NCBI GenBank assembly: GCA_001643675.2
Contig: LSRY02000009.1
Coordinates: 1,488,001-1,552,000, forward strand
DNA length: 64,000 nucleotides
Source of the DNA: Monocercomonoides exilis PA203
Taxonomy: Eukaryota; Protista; Preaxostyla
Direction: 5' to 3'
Part shown: piece by piece, positions 1-13,680 of the stretch
How positions within the stretch are numbered: the first letter of the stretch is position 1
How the letters are laid out: every line of letters begins with the position of its first letter
Translations under genes and position numbers: made by a program
The notes under the pieces: model-generated
Told to the model about the DNA's origin: nothing
What the model saw: only the letters and a program-made list of their open reading frames with translations
Database searches by the model: none

Positions 1-273
1 GTGAAATGTCAATGCACAAAAGAGAATGGAAGAATGATGGAGATTTGTGAATGCTTGGATGTGAAAATAGACAATTGCCTTTTTAATGGGAGTTCAAAGG
101 AAAGAAATGAATATCATTTGAATGAAGAAGAGGAGATGTGCAAATGGGATGGATCTCTTGTGGATGTTGTGAAGAGTTCTGTTTTGATGAAAGACGCAAC
201 AATAACCAATTCACCAGAACGTGGAATAACAATGAGTGGAGAAAGAATTAGAATAGCATCAGAAAACATTTAA
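1..273 (+). pseudogene. Fragment of a lineage-specific beta-helix-like/surface protein family (window edge, 3' truncated)
   Basis: ORF with EEMCKWDGSLVDVVKSSVLMKDATITNS..GGITMSG-type segments like the other surface-family fragments here; ends abruptly in AT-rich DNA. Confidence 0.4.
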
Positions 274-1644
274 CATTATTTATTGAGACTTCTTCACTTT
301 GCTGAAACTGCAATTAACAAATTGTTTTGTTTCAAAACACTATGTTGTTAATGTTTTTAATCGTTTTGAAAGAGCTGCATGTTTTTAAATATCTCATTCA
401 TTTTCGATTTATGTTTTATTTTCAATTTTGAGAAAGTGATGATTTTAATATATTTGAAAAAGACATTTGGGGGAAAATACGGACTTTCAAGCTTTTTATG
501 CACAAAGCAAGAAAAAATTGTTTCACTTATCACTTTGTTTCGTTTTCTCGGATTTCAAAATAAATTAGATTCTCACATCTGCAAACAGGCATCGTTGAAA
601 TCAAAACATAAAGTTTTCCAACATTTCACGAATGTCAAAAAATGGACCAATTTTTATTGTTTTTTTTTGTTCTCAAAAAGTCCATGAAAAGTGCATATTT
701 TTTCAATGAATATACCTGAAGTCAAATATTTCGTCCCATTTTAGAATTATTTCAAAAACAATATCAAAATTACAAAGAAAAAATACCTAAACTCGCTTTT
801 CAATGTTTTAATAAAAAACATTTCTATTTAAGTCTATAACATGTAATTATCAACGAAAATGTGAAAAGAATAAAAAAATAAACTTATCAAAAACAAATTC
901 TCAATTATTCTCAACTCCAAATGATTTTAGAGACATTTAAAGATTAATAAAACCAAATAATTTCCGGTTTCAATGCATTTAAAAAGAGAAATTCTGAATT
1001 TAAAGTTAAAAAAAAAATGAAAGTATATGTCAGTTTTTCAAAGATTCAAATAAATTTATCATTTTTTATTCGTAAGGAGGTTTTGCTAATATTTATCGAA
1101 CCATTGCAACCTTTTTTGAAATTTGAATTTTGCAGCTTTTAAACATTCAAACGAAAAAAAATATGATTTTCTGTTTGTTAAAAGGAGCTGTTTTCAATAT
1201 TAAACAAGTGCGCATATAATAACATACTTATATTAACATATAAAAGTGAACGTATCCCAAACTTTTTGGTTCTATTTTAACAAAAACGGAATAATCAATT
1301 TTTCAAGATATAAAAATTTTTATTGTGGGTTAGATCAAAGATATAAAATTAATTTTTTCATTTATGATTTATATTTTTTCATGATGAAAATTAATTAATA
1401 AAATAAGTCTATTAAACAATGCAAACACTTTTGATGTGTAAAAATTACATTTTCTTTTAAATTTGAATAATTTTTTATGAAATTCATGTTTTTATGGGTC
1501 ATTTTTCAAAAATCATTTTTTTCAACAAGAAATATTTTTTTCGAAAAATCGGTCCATAAAAAGTTTTTAAATAATTATTATCTATTAATTGGTTATAAAT
1601 TGAGCGTATAAAAACGCAAATTGCAAAAGGAACGAGTTTGAACC

Positions 1645-2266
1645 TATGCCCTCGAAATATCTGAACAATGCTTGTGATAAGCTCAGCTAATTCTTTATTC
1701 GGCAATCTGCAATCAGAAAAGAAAGAACCAATCATATCAAGCCATCTCATCAAAGCAAGCTCTTCCAGAGTCTTTTTCCCCCCTTCCTCCCCTCTTTTTC
1801 TCTTCCAATCCACACATTTCCTCAGTTCTTCCAGTTCTCTTGATGCTTCTCTGGCAAAATGCAGCTCATTCGCAATTAAGTTTTCCAAGCTTTTGTCTTT
1901 GTGTTATCGATTAATCAAAAATTCCCAAGCGCACTGATGAGCAAGTTGAGTGTGATCGTGATGCTCCTGGTGATTTTTGATGATTTCTGTCATCTTATCC
2001 AAGAAAAGTTCTTGTTCCACTTTCTGATGAAAAATAAGGAGGAAAAAATAAATCTCATCAAAAATGGGAAATAGAAATGCTCATTCAGTTCCATCATCAA
2101 TGTAACTTGAACATGATAAAGCCAGTTCCACTTCTTTTTGTGTTTCCTCGTTTTCCTCTTTCTTCAATGCAACTTTCAGAAGGCAAGACAAGCAAATTGA
2201 AAGCAATTTCGAATCGAACTGGTTGCCAAGCAAAAGATAGCTTTGGCGCAGATCAACAATTTGCAA
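1645..2266 (-). pseudogene. Decayed copy of an expanded hypothetical family (ELHFARE..ELE.L.KC.DWKR motif), paralogue of 63300-63974
   Basis: ORFs 1499-1888 and 2081-2266 share IANELHFAREASRELEELRKCVDWKR and CLLKVALKKEENEETQKEVELAL-type segments; broken by stops and frameshifts. Confidence 0.65.
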
Positions 2267-2297
2267 TTCAGTGAATTATTAAATTCAAGGAGCAGGT

Positions 2298-2872
2298 TTG
2301 CTCAACAATAATGATGAGATAATAGTACGTTTAATGGGTGGTTTGAAATCTGATTTCGCTTCAACTCAAATTCAAAGGAGAAGTTTGATGTCATTAAGTT
2401 TCATAGATCAACAACCAATGAGAAGCTTACACGTGGATGGTGAGGAAAAGGAATTTGATCTTCTTTCAATGATGGAAAAAGTTCAAAAAATAATTGAAGA
2501 GTTATACAAGAGCTGAGCCTGAATTTCATCATCAAGGATAATAGATTGTGTACAGATAAGAAAGGAAAAGAGAGAGAGAGAGAGCGGAAAAAGAGAAGCT
2601 CTCGGTCAAGATCATTTTCTTCGGAATATGGATCAAGTTATAAAAGTTGCATGCCACAGAAAAAACACAGACAACTCCAATGGAACATTCGCGCATCCCC
2701 TCGGACCAAGTGTTTTGATGGAGAGGTGGATAGTAATTGGGATTCCGAGGAGGAGGAAGAGGAAGAGGAAAACCTAGACTTTGCAAAAAAAATCCAAGCA
2801 AATGGCTGTCACTTCGAAAGCAGATGGGAGGGCACTGGAAGTTTATCAAGTTATGCAAGTCATTTTCTGTGA
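2298..2872 (+). pseudogene. Hypothetical gene fragment (two ORFs split by stop/frameshift)
   Basis: ORFs 2298-2516 and 2546-2872 with coding-like composition; no recognisable domain except a possible ...VRLMGG ubiquitin-like tail. Confidence 0.3.
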
Positions 2873-2989
2873 GAATAAGCGAGGACAGTCTAAATGGGAT
2901 ATAATCACATCGGTTTTAGCATGACTTTTTGCGACTATATCCAATTGCGATTACACTCAATTTCGTTTTTAATAGAAAATAATTAATTA

Positions 2990-3924
2990 CCATTGGTGCC
3001 AAACCCTGAACCTGGTGCCAAACCCGGAACTGGCAAATATTTGTGTAATTTGAAAAAAATAATAACTTATTGCAAACAAAGAACGAAGAGCTCTCATTCA
3101 AAATTTGACTATGCCTATTATTATTTATTTATATTTTTTTTAATCAAAAACGCTAATACATTCGTATTCATAAAAATTGTTTAATTCATCAATTATCCAA
3201 AAATAAATATTGTAAACAAGATAACAATAAAAATAAAATATCATATCACGATTTGTTTTATATATGTGAATAAAAAATCAATATGTGTTAAAAAATATTT
3301 GTGATTCACATGACAAAATAATTTTTTCACATTTGATCATAACCATAAGAATGTGAAAAGTTATTGGCAAGCTCAACCACAACTTGCGAGAGAGGTTTGC
3401 ATTAAATATTTCAAGAAGCCTTTAATAACAATTTATCTTTCTTTTAATTTACAACTATAATTTTATGAATACGTCTGCCAGATACCTGTTTTGTCTCAAG
3501 CATGCTTTTTTTGGTAGCAGACGTTCCAAAAGAAAAGGTTACAGTCTGTTATTTTTGGAATGAAATTTATTCTATTATTGTTTGTTATGCATCACTTTTA
3601 AAAGCTTCAAAAACGGGGCTATAACTGCAGTGTTTAATATATATTTTTTAAAGTTTGTTGGTATTTAATTTGTTCAATGATAAGCCAAACTTTGTTTATA
3701 TGGTATTTATACTAATGACTTACTGTAGTTAATATTTTGATTCAAATAAATACATATTCAGCTATTAATTAAGTTGATATTATTTATTAAAATTTGTTCA
3801 ATTCTTTCTATGTTCAATTATCGTACTCGATCTACAATAAAATTTCTTGTGCATTTTCTCAATACATTATGTTTGTTGGTGTTTTATTTCAAAATTCTTT
3901 ATTTTCACAAAAATATACGATGCA
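2990..3924 (+). repeat. Left long inverted arm
   Basis: Reverse complement of 22998-23932; ORF 2993-3184 is identical to 23738-23929. Confidence 0.95.
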
Positions 3925-4439
3925 TTTATTTAAACAATATTTGTGTAATTTTATTTTATTTATATGATTCAAAGTAGTATTTTTTAAACTTCGAACAATA
4001 TGTCATTTATAATTTTATAAATCAAGATAATATCCAATAATTAGATGAATTGTGAATAGAATTTTTCTATTTGAATAGATTCAACTTATTTGAATGAACT
4101 GGGTTTTTCTAAAATGAAGTCATGTTATTTAAAATGGTTGAAGTGACACTTGAATAAAGTGCGATACACTTAAATAAATAATTCATAAAAAAATAGTGAA
4201 CACTTATTATAATATTTTTGTGTTTTATCTTTCACTTTATCAACAAAAAAATTGAAAAATCTTAAAAACTGAGATTCTTCTTTATTCTTAAACAATATTA
4301 GATATATGTTTAAAGAAAAATTTATTTGACAAACAGAGGTAGAAATGAATGCAAATTTCAATTTGTTATCATTATTTTATTCCATTCCAACTTTTATGTT
4401 TTTCATTTGATCTCTGTATAATTAAATATAAAAAAACAA

Positions 4440-7400
4440 AAATTTGTTTCTATTGATGTTCGTGGAGTGATCCACACCAACAAAGCGTATAATTCTGAAG
4501 CGCTCAGTCGAGTCGACAGGTTGATGCAGCTTTCATCTTTGCTACTTTCTCCGTTAAGAAGATATATTCTATTTTCATTAATCGATTTATTTCACAAAGC
4601 CTCTCAATATTCTTCTTCACTGCATTCTTCTCCTCTCTCCTCCAATGAGCATCAAATGATGTCTATGTCATTATCATCTCAACTTCCTTTGGATTTTTCT
4701 TTATGATATCGTTAAAAATCTCCTTGCATTTTTTCGCTTCTTCTTTTGCCCTCCTCCATCAAATAGTTGCTACGGTATGTACCACAAGTACAATTAATAA
4801 TGTCACAACGAATAAAACTTTAACAACCAATGTCATCATTGATTTTCCAACCTTTCCTCCTTCAACAATTCTTTCATCTCCTTTTGATTGAAGTTTTCTT
4901 CTGTTTTCAGAATGAATGAATCAGTTGAGGCTTGAAATTCAGTCCTTCCAAATAAGATCTTCACGGACACTTCTGTTGCCTCAAACGCAGTTGTAATAAT
5001 TGAGGCTGGAATAGCTGTGTGAAACTCTGTTTCTCCTACAAACTCCTCTGACTGCAGCGGATACGACTGGAGATTGTGAACCGAACCATCTGATGAATCA
5101 ATCTGGAGAGCAAAGCCACAGGGAAGAAACTCTAAACCAGCAAGATTAATGACAAGGGTGCCACCCTACTGGCGAGATTTCACTGAAGTCAGCTGCAGAA
5201 TGAAGAACGGAGAGACTCTTTCTGAAGCAATTCCAGAAAGACTGCATCCCAAGTTCAAAACCCAAAGTGATGAGTTCTCTTTTAAGCCATCTCCGCCTTT
5301 CAGACTTTGAATGAACAGTAGTGCATGGCCAGAGCACGCGATGCTACTCCTTACGGATAGATGGCCAGCTTCGTTCGGGCTGTTATTAGCAAACAATATA
5401 AATAGCATGGAGATGCTTCCACCAGAGATCGACAGTCATATCTTGGACAAATTGGTAATTGTGATGTCTTTAATTGCTACCGAGCAATTGAGAAGATCAA
5501 CCATCGATCCGCTCCACTGGTATAGCTCTTCTGATCGCTTGTCGTTCGTTCTCAGCTCTGACGCGCTTGCTGCACCGTCGAATACGCACAAAAACATGCA
5601 AGTATCTGTCAAATCTGTCAACGCCGCAATGCAACATTTTTTATACGAAGAAGCACACATTTTGTTCGAGCATTTCTTCAACTCCAGCAACAAAGACAAA
5701 GATGAGACAGCCAAACAGTACGGGCCAAGCGAATCTCGGGTTATGTTTTGTAATGAAGAGTGTTTCGACCGAGATGCTGAGTCATTCGACGTCACGCTCA
5801 CTGAGCACCCATCACCAAACATGGTGTTAGAAACAGCCAAGAAATTCATCTCAACATCCGAATCTTGGCATTCAACAGAAACCAACGATTCACTTGAAAC
5901 GTGAGTATCATCGAATTCCAAATGAATGCCTTGGATGTTTGAATGCCCTCCAGAACCGTCTGAGGAAAACACAATCACGCTTGATCCATTCTGAGTGCCT
6001 CTCATCTGAATGTTCTGGAGCTGGCAGTCTTTGCAGTTGCGAAGAATGAGGCCTGATCGCTGAGCGCTGCAATTGGATGCACGCACCGGCTGCATGGACA
6101 GCTTTGCCAGATCGTGGAAATCCATTAGCACTCCAGATATAACATCTGTGAAATTCAGAAATGCACACGAGAAATATTGCTCACGACTTGCTGCCAGGCA
6201 TGAAGAACTGAAATGGAGGCCAGCAAAAGTGCAGTCAAAAATCGTCAATCTTCCACAGCTCATTTCAATAATAGAGCAATTCAGTTCAATTTCAGATCCT
6301 CCACCAGAAGCTTCTTGAGCAAATATTGTATCGTCAATCAACAAGTTGACATCAGCAAGCGACAGCAACCTCAAATGCGTAGAAGAAAAAGCGCTTCAAA
6401 ATGAAAACGTCAGATATTTTATTTTCACTGTCGACGAATACGAAAGGAGACTTCCCCTCTTGATTTCGATGATGAGGTTCATTAGAATATCCCCTCCTAT
6501 GCCTTACGGATCCAGCTGCTCGATTGAGACATCGCTTGTGCTTGCTTCTCCAGACACCACAGCGCGCTTGTCGATCAGCAAATTGCTGTAAACTGAATGA
6601 ATGACGTGGGGCAGCGCAACATTCAGCGAAATGCATGGTTCGTTCATTGCACCACACTGCCGCGAATCAGACGCGTTGTCCGCTGTTGAAGACGCAAATA
6701 TCTTCTCGCTCTGATACACAACCACAAGCAGCAACAGATCTTCCTCGTCATAATAATTCTGTGCTATTCATCCCCACATGGCAAACTCCCGAACAAACTG
6801 TGCTCTGAAATCGAGCTGGAACAGCTCCGCCCCGATTTGAGCTAAAACATTCGCACATTTCACATACACGTCTCTTCCCCTTCAAGCTTTGTTCTCCATG
6901 AATGTGGTGTTTTTCAACAAGAAAGGAAGCAGCCCATCGCTCGCAATTGATGAGCAATCCAGGAACATCGCGCCTCCTCTTCCAGTCGCTGAGCAGAAGC
7001 ATCCAGAGATCGAACAAAAGTTGCAGTGGAACAACGAGCCTTCGCTCAATTTCATGGCAATGCATCAGCCATTCTCACTCAGGCTGCTTCCGCTGCTCTT
7101 GATCGACGTGTTTTGGACAAGCACGCAGGAAGGCTCGCTTCTACAGCAGCTGATGATCGACGGCTCAGAAGTAGCACTTTGGCGAAGCGAGAAAAGCGTG
7201 CAGCATTTCAGGTGCACTATTGGACTGTCACCTTCATTCATTTCTTGTGTCCCGTCTTGCAATTCCGTTAGTGCCAACACAGCTTCAATGCTTCCGAACA
7301 TCAGCTCCATATTGATCGTCGAGACATTCGTCAAGTCAACGCTGTTACCATTCAATGCGTTGTGTATGCGATCTTTTGTTTTGATGGTTTGATTGAGCAG

Positions 7401-7506
7401 AGCAGAATTTCGCATGTTCCAGACAGGCAGACAACGATGAAACAAGAAATGCTTGTGTGAGAAGCTCGTCCAAATAGAAAGAGAAAAGCGGTTGAACTTT
7501 ATTCAT
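4440..7506 (-). pseudogene. Decayed lineage-specific type-I membrane/surface protein (Ser/Cys-rich beta-helix-like ectodomain, C-terminal TM)
   Basis: Collinear minus ORFs 7065-7445, 6504-6734, 5436-6374, 5166-5408; near 4750-4840 the minus strand reads TLVVKVLFVVTLLIVLVVHTVATI*WRRAK (TM plus basic stop-transfer); several stops and frameshifts. Confidence 0.6.
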
Positions 7507-9339
7507 TATTCAATGAAATAATGAAGACTCATTAGTTTGTTTTTTATCTTTTTTTAAAAAATTATATCAATTTCTAATATTATCCGATAATTTTTTTTCA
7601 CAAGTCCTTTAATGTTTTCGAATCAATTAAAGTTCAAAAACAAGTTGTTTATGTATGTGTTGATGCAATACATTTTATAAATCTGAATAATTTCAATTCA
7701 CTTATTTTGCGCAAATAAAATGTTTCTTTTCATTTCATAATTCGTGGAATTCTTCTTTTCATCAATTTTTAAAACTGTTAAAGCATGTGGATTACATTCA
7801 CAAAAGGTTTAACAATCAAAGAATGTGATGTTGATGCGTTTTAAATTATGTATTGGTGACAAAGAATTTATTCAGTTTTTAAAATATTTTGATCCTTTTG
7901 ATCTTTGAAGGAATTTGTTGAAAACAACAAAAATCATTTCCAGAATAACATAATTATTATGCAAATAATATTTGAAAGTTTTTGCAATCAATTTTATAGA
8001 CATAAAAAATATTTGTTTAATAAATTAATTTTCGTAACTCAAATGAACTCAGTCTATCTCAAATGAACTCGGTTTATTCAAATGAACTTGATCTATTCGA
8101 ATAAACATGAGTTCATTTGAATAAGCCTGGTTTATTTTAATAAAAAAAATCTATTCAAAATTCATCTTTTGATGTTAAACATTATCATTTTTTCAATTTA
8201 TTTAATTTTCAAATTTTTAAACTGTATTTCTTTGAAGAGAAATTCATTAACATGAGGAAAAAACAATATATGTTGATTGAATAAAACAAGTTAATATTTA
8301 TATATGTAATGAAATAGAACAAACAAATAAAAAAAGAATTATGAAATGTCAAAATTTTTTTGAAAAGTAACATCAGATCAAAAATCTGACCCATGGAAGT
8401 TAATTATTATTCATCCCGTTTCCATAATTCAAATGATAAAATCAAACTATCATAACAATGTTTATTGGTTCGTTGCAGACTTCTTTGAGAGATGAAATAT
8501 TTAAAAACAAAAAATAATATATCCAATTTTTTGATCAAAATAAAAATTTCAGTTTTTGAATATGAAACAGTTTTATAAGCTTGGATTATTTTGCAACAGC
8601 TGGTTCATGAAGTACGCAATGTGCGTTTTAATCCTTTTCAAGAAAATATTTATATTTTGACAATTATTTGAATTTAAAATTAATCAGGATTTTGCATTGA
8701 ACATCCTTGACATTAACATTTTTTAGATGCAAAGCCAGCTCACACAAGTTTGTGAAAGCTGAGATTAATGATTTAAAGTTTATATTCTATTTTTAATCAT
8801 TTTTATTTTTCTTGTTTCGAACTCACAAAATCATCTTTTTCTTTTTTATTCTCTGCTATAGAGCAGTTGAAATCTCAATATAATCGATCAAGAACAATAA
8901 ATGCTTTTTTTTGTTGCCTTGTTTCGTTCGAAAGAGCATTGGAGGCAGCAATAAAGAGTCATGTTATAACAAATTCCAAATTGAACAAGTTTGTGATGCC
9001 ATTTTCACATAAAAGAAGTGAAACTATTTTGTTTCCCTTTAGCTGGCTAAGAATTGCTAACGCTGAAAAATTGCTTGTTCACAAAAAATGAAGAAAGCGT
9101 TGAAGAAATAATGAATGATGGTCTGAATATAACAGATAGAATCATAGTTCAATTGCAGTTTGTGTCAATTCAATCACTCGACTTTTCAAGAGCTATTCTT
9201 TATGTGCCGACATCCATGATTTTGAACATCAAAAAGCTGATGACGAAGACTTTTCAAGTGGATAAAAAAAGCGGATTGAGCTTTTCAAAGAATTCAAATG
9301 GAGAAAATGAAAGAAGCAATGAAGCTGAATAAGATATAT

Positions 9340-12300
9340 TTATTGAATGGAGCATATTCGAAGAAGTCATCCAGAAAATAACTAAAAGTGTACAGCACAA
9401 TCAGCTTGAGCTTTCACTCTCTCGAGTTCCCATCTTCTGCACTTGACTGCCTATACTCGGCCATCGAGCGCTGTCATGCCATTTTCGCCACATCTGCAAA
9501 CATCAGGATCGAGTGCCTCGATTTCCTCTTCAGCCAATCCTTTTCGCACACAGGCAGTGCTGTTGTGCACTGTACCGATGACCACCTCTCGCTATTTCTC
9601 ACTCTCCTTTGTCTTATCTACCTTATTATCTTTTTCGCCAGCTGCACAACCAATGCTCCTCAACTACGTTGTAAGTGCAGTCGAACGAATTTATTTGATT
9701 GTCGCCACCTGTACAGCATAGCGCACAAATACATTTCTCAGTGAAATGTTGAATGCATACGACGGCGTCTGTTTGCAAAGCACTTCCAGAACAATGCTCT
9801 GTGTCTTCGCAGCGCATCCAGTTTGAAGTGGGATCGATCATCCTGGAATTTGCATCAGCACCTCCACCGACCTCTTCACTCTGATCGTGTTATTCAGTTC
9901 CACATCACACACACATACAAACCCGGCTCGCATCTTCTCCCACTTCGCATGCTTCATCACCTTCCGCTTTTTCTCATTTTCCTCTCACATTTCGCTCACA
10001 TCATACACAAACTCTTTTACAGCCATCTGCTTCATCTCCGCTCGTTTCTTCAAACCATTCAACTCCAACTCTTGTCTTCTCTCTTTCATTTCTTTCTCCT
10101 TCTCCTTCCCCTCCTTCGAATGCTATCTCATACACAAACATCACCTCTTCTGTATTTTTGCTCCAAATCAGTGAACTTCTTCTTCCTCAGCTCATCTCAA
10201 ATTCCTTCTCCCTACAAGCCGGACATAAATAAATGTTATTCATCACACCAGTAAAAACCTTTTACGCAAACGAATCGGAACATTCAATAGCAATTGCAGA
10301 CACTTTTCTAAAATCCCTCGCACACACACTCGCATCGCTGAACACCCACTCCCACACATTCCCAAACAGATTCCGCACATTATCAAGTCAGCAGCTCAAT
10401 CAGCGCAGAATGAGAAGACGTCATGCGATGATATTTGTTCTCTTTATATCCTTTAGTGTTCTCCATCTTCTGTATCTTTGCAACTTGCACTATCTCTTCT
10501 TTTTCCTCTGCACCACCTTCATCACCATCTACAAAAGAACCTCGAAAACCACATGAAGAAAAGAAGAAGTTAATCCATTTTGAACAACCTCTTATTCCAT
10601 CTTCATCACCATCGATATGACCTTCATTTCCATTGGCATTGCAACCTGAAGATATTATTGAATAGCCTCAAAGAAATAGCTTCTAATGTCAGATTACCAA
10701 AGAGGCAAAGCCCCAGTATTGATCATCCTCTGAATTGCATTAGATTGTATCAGCATTCTCAGCCTCACCCCTGCCCCTGCTCCTGCACTTGCACTTGCCG
10801 TGCCAATCATCGGCATTATCATTCTTTCTCCAGGCCTTGCTCCTTTCTCCATCTTCCCCATCTGCCCCATCAGCCCTTGAACATCTGTTGCACCCCCCCA
10901 GCATACGCAGGATCAGCTTCAGCTCGTCTTTGTTCCGGATGAAGCACCCGCTCATAGTGCGCGTGTATTTCAGCTGCACATCGTTGAAGACAATCTTCTG
11001 CATGCCAGGAGGAATCCCTTATTTCTTCTGCACAAGCTCCTTCAGCTCCTCCACAGTAGTCTCCTTCGTCACACTCACTCGAATTATCTTCCCTTGCATC
11101 GTCCTCACATGCACTACCATCTTCCCCAAATCCCCTCCTTCTTTGAATTCTCGTCCCGATACCCCTTTCACACTGCTCTTTCTTCCTCTTTCTTCTTCTT
11201 CTTCTGCCTCAATGAAACCCCCAACATCCAGTCCCGATCGAAGCACTGTCTCAAACGCCTTCTCCTCTTCTTTCTCGTCTCTTTCTTGCGACTTCAGCTG
11301 CACTTCAGTTTTCTCCACCAGCGCCATACGCCTCCTCATACTCCTCTCCAGTAATTCTTCGCCTTCTGCACCAGCTTCATAAGCCTTTCCAGCACAAACA
11401 CTTGCTCCATGCATTCAGCCTCGCAAACAAAGCTGGCTCTGAATATTCATCAAACAGCCCCATGTCACACGTGCACAGCAAATGATGGTCAGCCACCATC
11501 TTCTCCTTTTTGCTCGCTAAACTCGGACGAATTGCTTTCGCAAAGAATTTCAGCACATTTTTGGGCAGTAGAATATGAGCTCCTCACACACAATTTCGCT
11601 GTATCGATCACAAAGCTCTCGGAATTTCTTCTTCCTCTCTTCTTCTTTCTCTTCATCCTCATCCTCATCCTCATCCTCATCCTCCTCAACCAACTTGTAC
11701 AGCTCCTCAAATACATTACACCACTCATCAAATGCACTCACATTTGCATCAAATCCCTCGTTCTTCTTTGCCTACGCCTTCTTCATGCACTTCAGCAGAT
11801 GAAGAATTCCTCCAAAGCAACTGAAGCTTTCATATGAAGATGCCGAAAGATCTTTTATCTTCTGCGTCGAAACACATTTCGAAAGATTTGCTTTCTTCAA
11901 TGACACTCCTCCTGTCTTCTTCCCATTTAAACTGGCGCATTTACATTTGCATCTTGATGGTGTTGATAAAGATGATTTCATTTACTCCTCCATCTCCTTC
12001 TCCTTCTCCTCTTCCCATAGTTTTCATTCTCCTGTAGAACAGACTCAGATCCACCTTTTCCACCTCCGCCACCACATGCTCATCGTCTTTCGTTTCCACT
12101 GTCACATTACTCTACACATTTTCTGTATTCACCTCCGTCGAAATAACCGCACGCCTCCTTTTCCCTTCCCCTGGTGCTTATTTCAGCACAACTGTTGTCA
12201 TCTTCCCCAAAAAGTCGATGTTTTTCCAGTTTAAAACTCTTCTCCTCCAGTTCAACGCTGCTCCCATTCATTCTTCAATCACTCTGTTCATCTTCTTCTT

Positions 12301-13680
12301 CATTCTCTTCCTCGCCATCATGTCTGTCAAAATCTCCGCTGGCTGCTCCTCCGCAGATCGTGTCCAATGCAACTGTGTTCGCATCCTTCCTTTAAGTCTC
12401 ATTCGTCACAACCACATGCATCAGTGCAGACTGCGAATCCATAGCATTCCTTAGCTGTGCAGCTGACGTCTGACTTCGCTGGATGAATTCTTGCTGTGTA
12501 CCCAGCCTCTTTTTTGATGTATTGAACGAGCACGGCCCTCTCGCCTTCTGCACCTCTACCTGTCTCCCCTCATGCAACAGCGTTAGCGGCATCTCAGCAT
12601 CAAAAGCGCGATCAAGCACACTCACAAAAGATTGCACTCGCATCATTACCTTGCAATTGCTCATAATCTCCTCTTATTTCCTGCTTCTGCTCCTTCTCTG
12701 GTATCCATGTCATCTCAACGCACTCCACTTTTTTAACACAACATTTTCCCTATCATCAATGTGTCATTCTAACCTTCTCTGACACTCCATTGCACAGCTT
12801 GTGCATGTTCTGCAAGAAGCATGAAAAGCATGGAGAATCAGCTCCTTCCAATCGATGCAGATACCACAACCAAACTCGCGCTCCTCTGCTTTGTGCACGA
12901 ATCGTTCGGCAAGTCTGCAAAACTCGTCTGCCAAGTCTTCAGCAATCGCCTGCTTCATCACTGCAGCCACTTGATGCATATGGAACCAAAATCTTACACA
13001 GCTCCAACACTGAGTGCCTCTTCGATATTGTGCTTCTGCTGTATCTCCACCCGTTGATCCACACCGCTGTACAACTTCTTGGAAGCAGCATGTTCAACTC
13101 ATCCAATATAGCCTCCGCTTGTTCATCTGCAAATCACCACCACATCATCCACAGGGTCACGTTTCGGATTAGTCCACAGCTCGTCAGCTCTCCACCAGAT
13201 GAAACAACAACGAGTATTTAACCCTTCTGCTTGAATTCTTCTTCAACTCCTTCTTCCTCCGACTTTTCTCGCTCCTCCAGCACCACTAGCGCAATTGCCG
13301 CTTTCAGAAAAATAGCATCATCTATCACCTTCCCAGCAGCCTCCACTATTTCCCCCACAATCTCCGCCACTTCACACGCTGAAACGCCTCGCCAATTGCT
13401 TCGTCGTGCAGCTTCACAACTGAATATTTCAATTGATACGATCACCTTGAATGCAGCGACGGGTAAAACAGATCGTAGATCAACTGGAACGCAATCACTT
13501 CCGCCACAAAGATCCGCTAGCTCCCCGACTTAATGCACTCCAATTCTCAAGATACAGAAGCGGCTCCACTTGGGGAACTGAAAGCACCACACTCGCACCA
13601 CAACATTCCCACAAATAGTCAACAAAGTGCTATTTCCATGGCATTTGCTGTGCATGCACACTTGCGACTTTAAGCATCAC
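9340..13680 (-). pseudogene. Family-X hypothetical gene (decayed) with an internal ubiquitin-like domain; cargo of element A
   Basis: Minus ORFs 13218-13445 (LKAAIALVVLEEREK), 12764-12979, 12392-12664, 11550-11741, 11019-11414, 10740-11003; many stops; boundaries approximate. Confidence 0.6.
10893..11120 (-). other. Ubiquitin-like domain, 76 codons ending LRMLGG, one in-frame TAA
   Basis: MVVHVRTMQGKIIRVSVTKETTVEELKELVQKK*GIPPGMQKIVFNDVQLKYTRTMSGCFIRNKDELKLILRMLGG aligns without gaps to ubiquitin; the stop is at the Glu34 position. Confidence 0.85.

Noticed and set aside
2993-3184. 63-aa ORF present twice
   Set aside because: Read-through of the inverted arm with no ATG or coding signal
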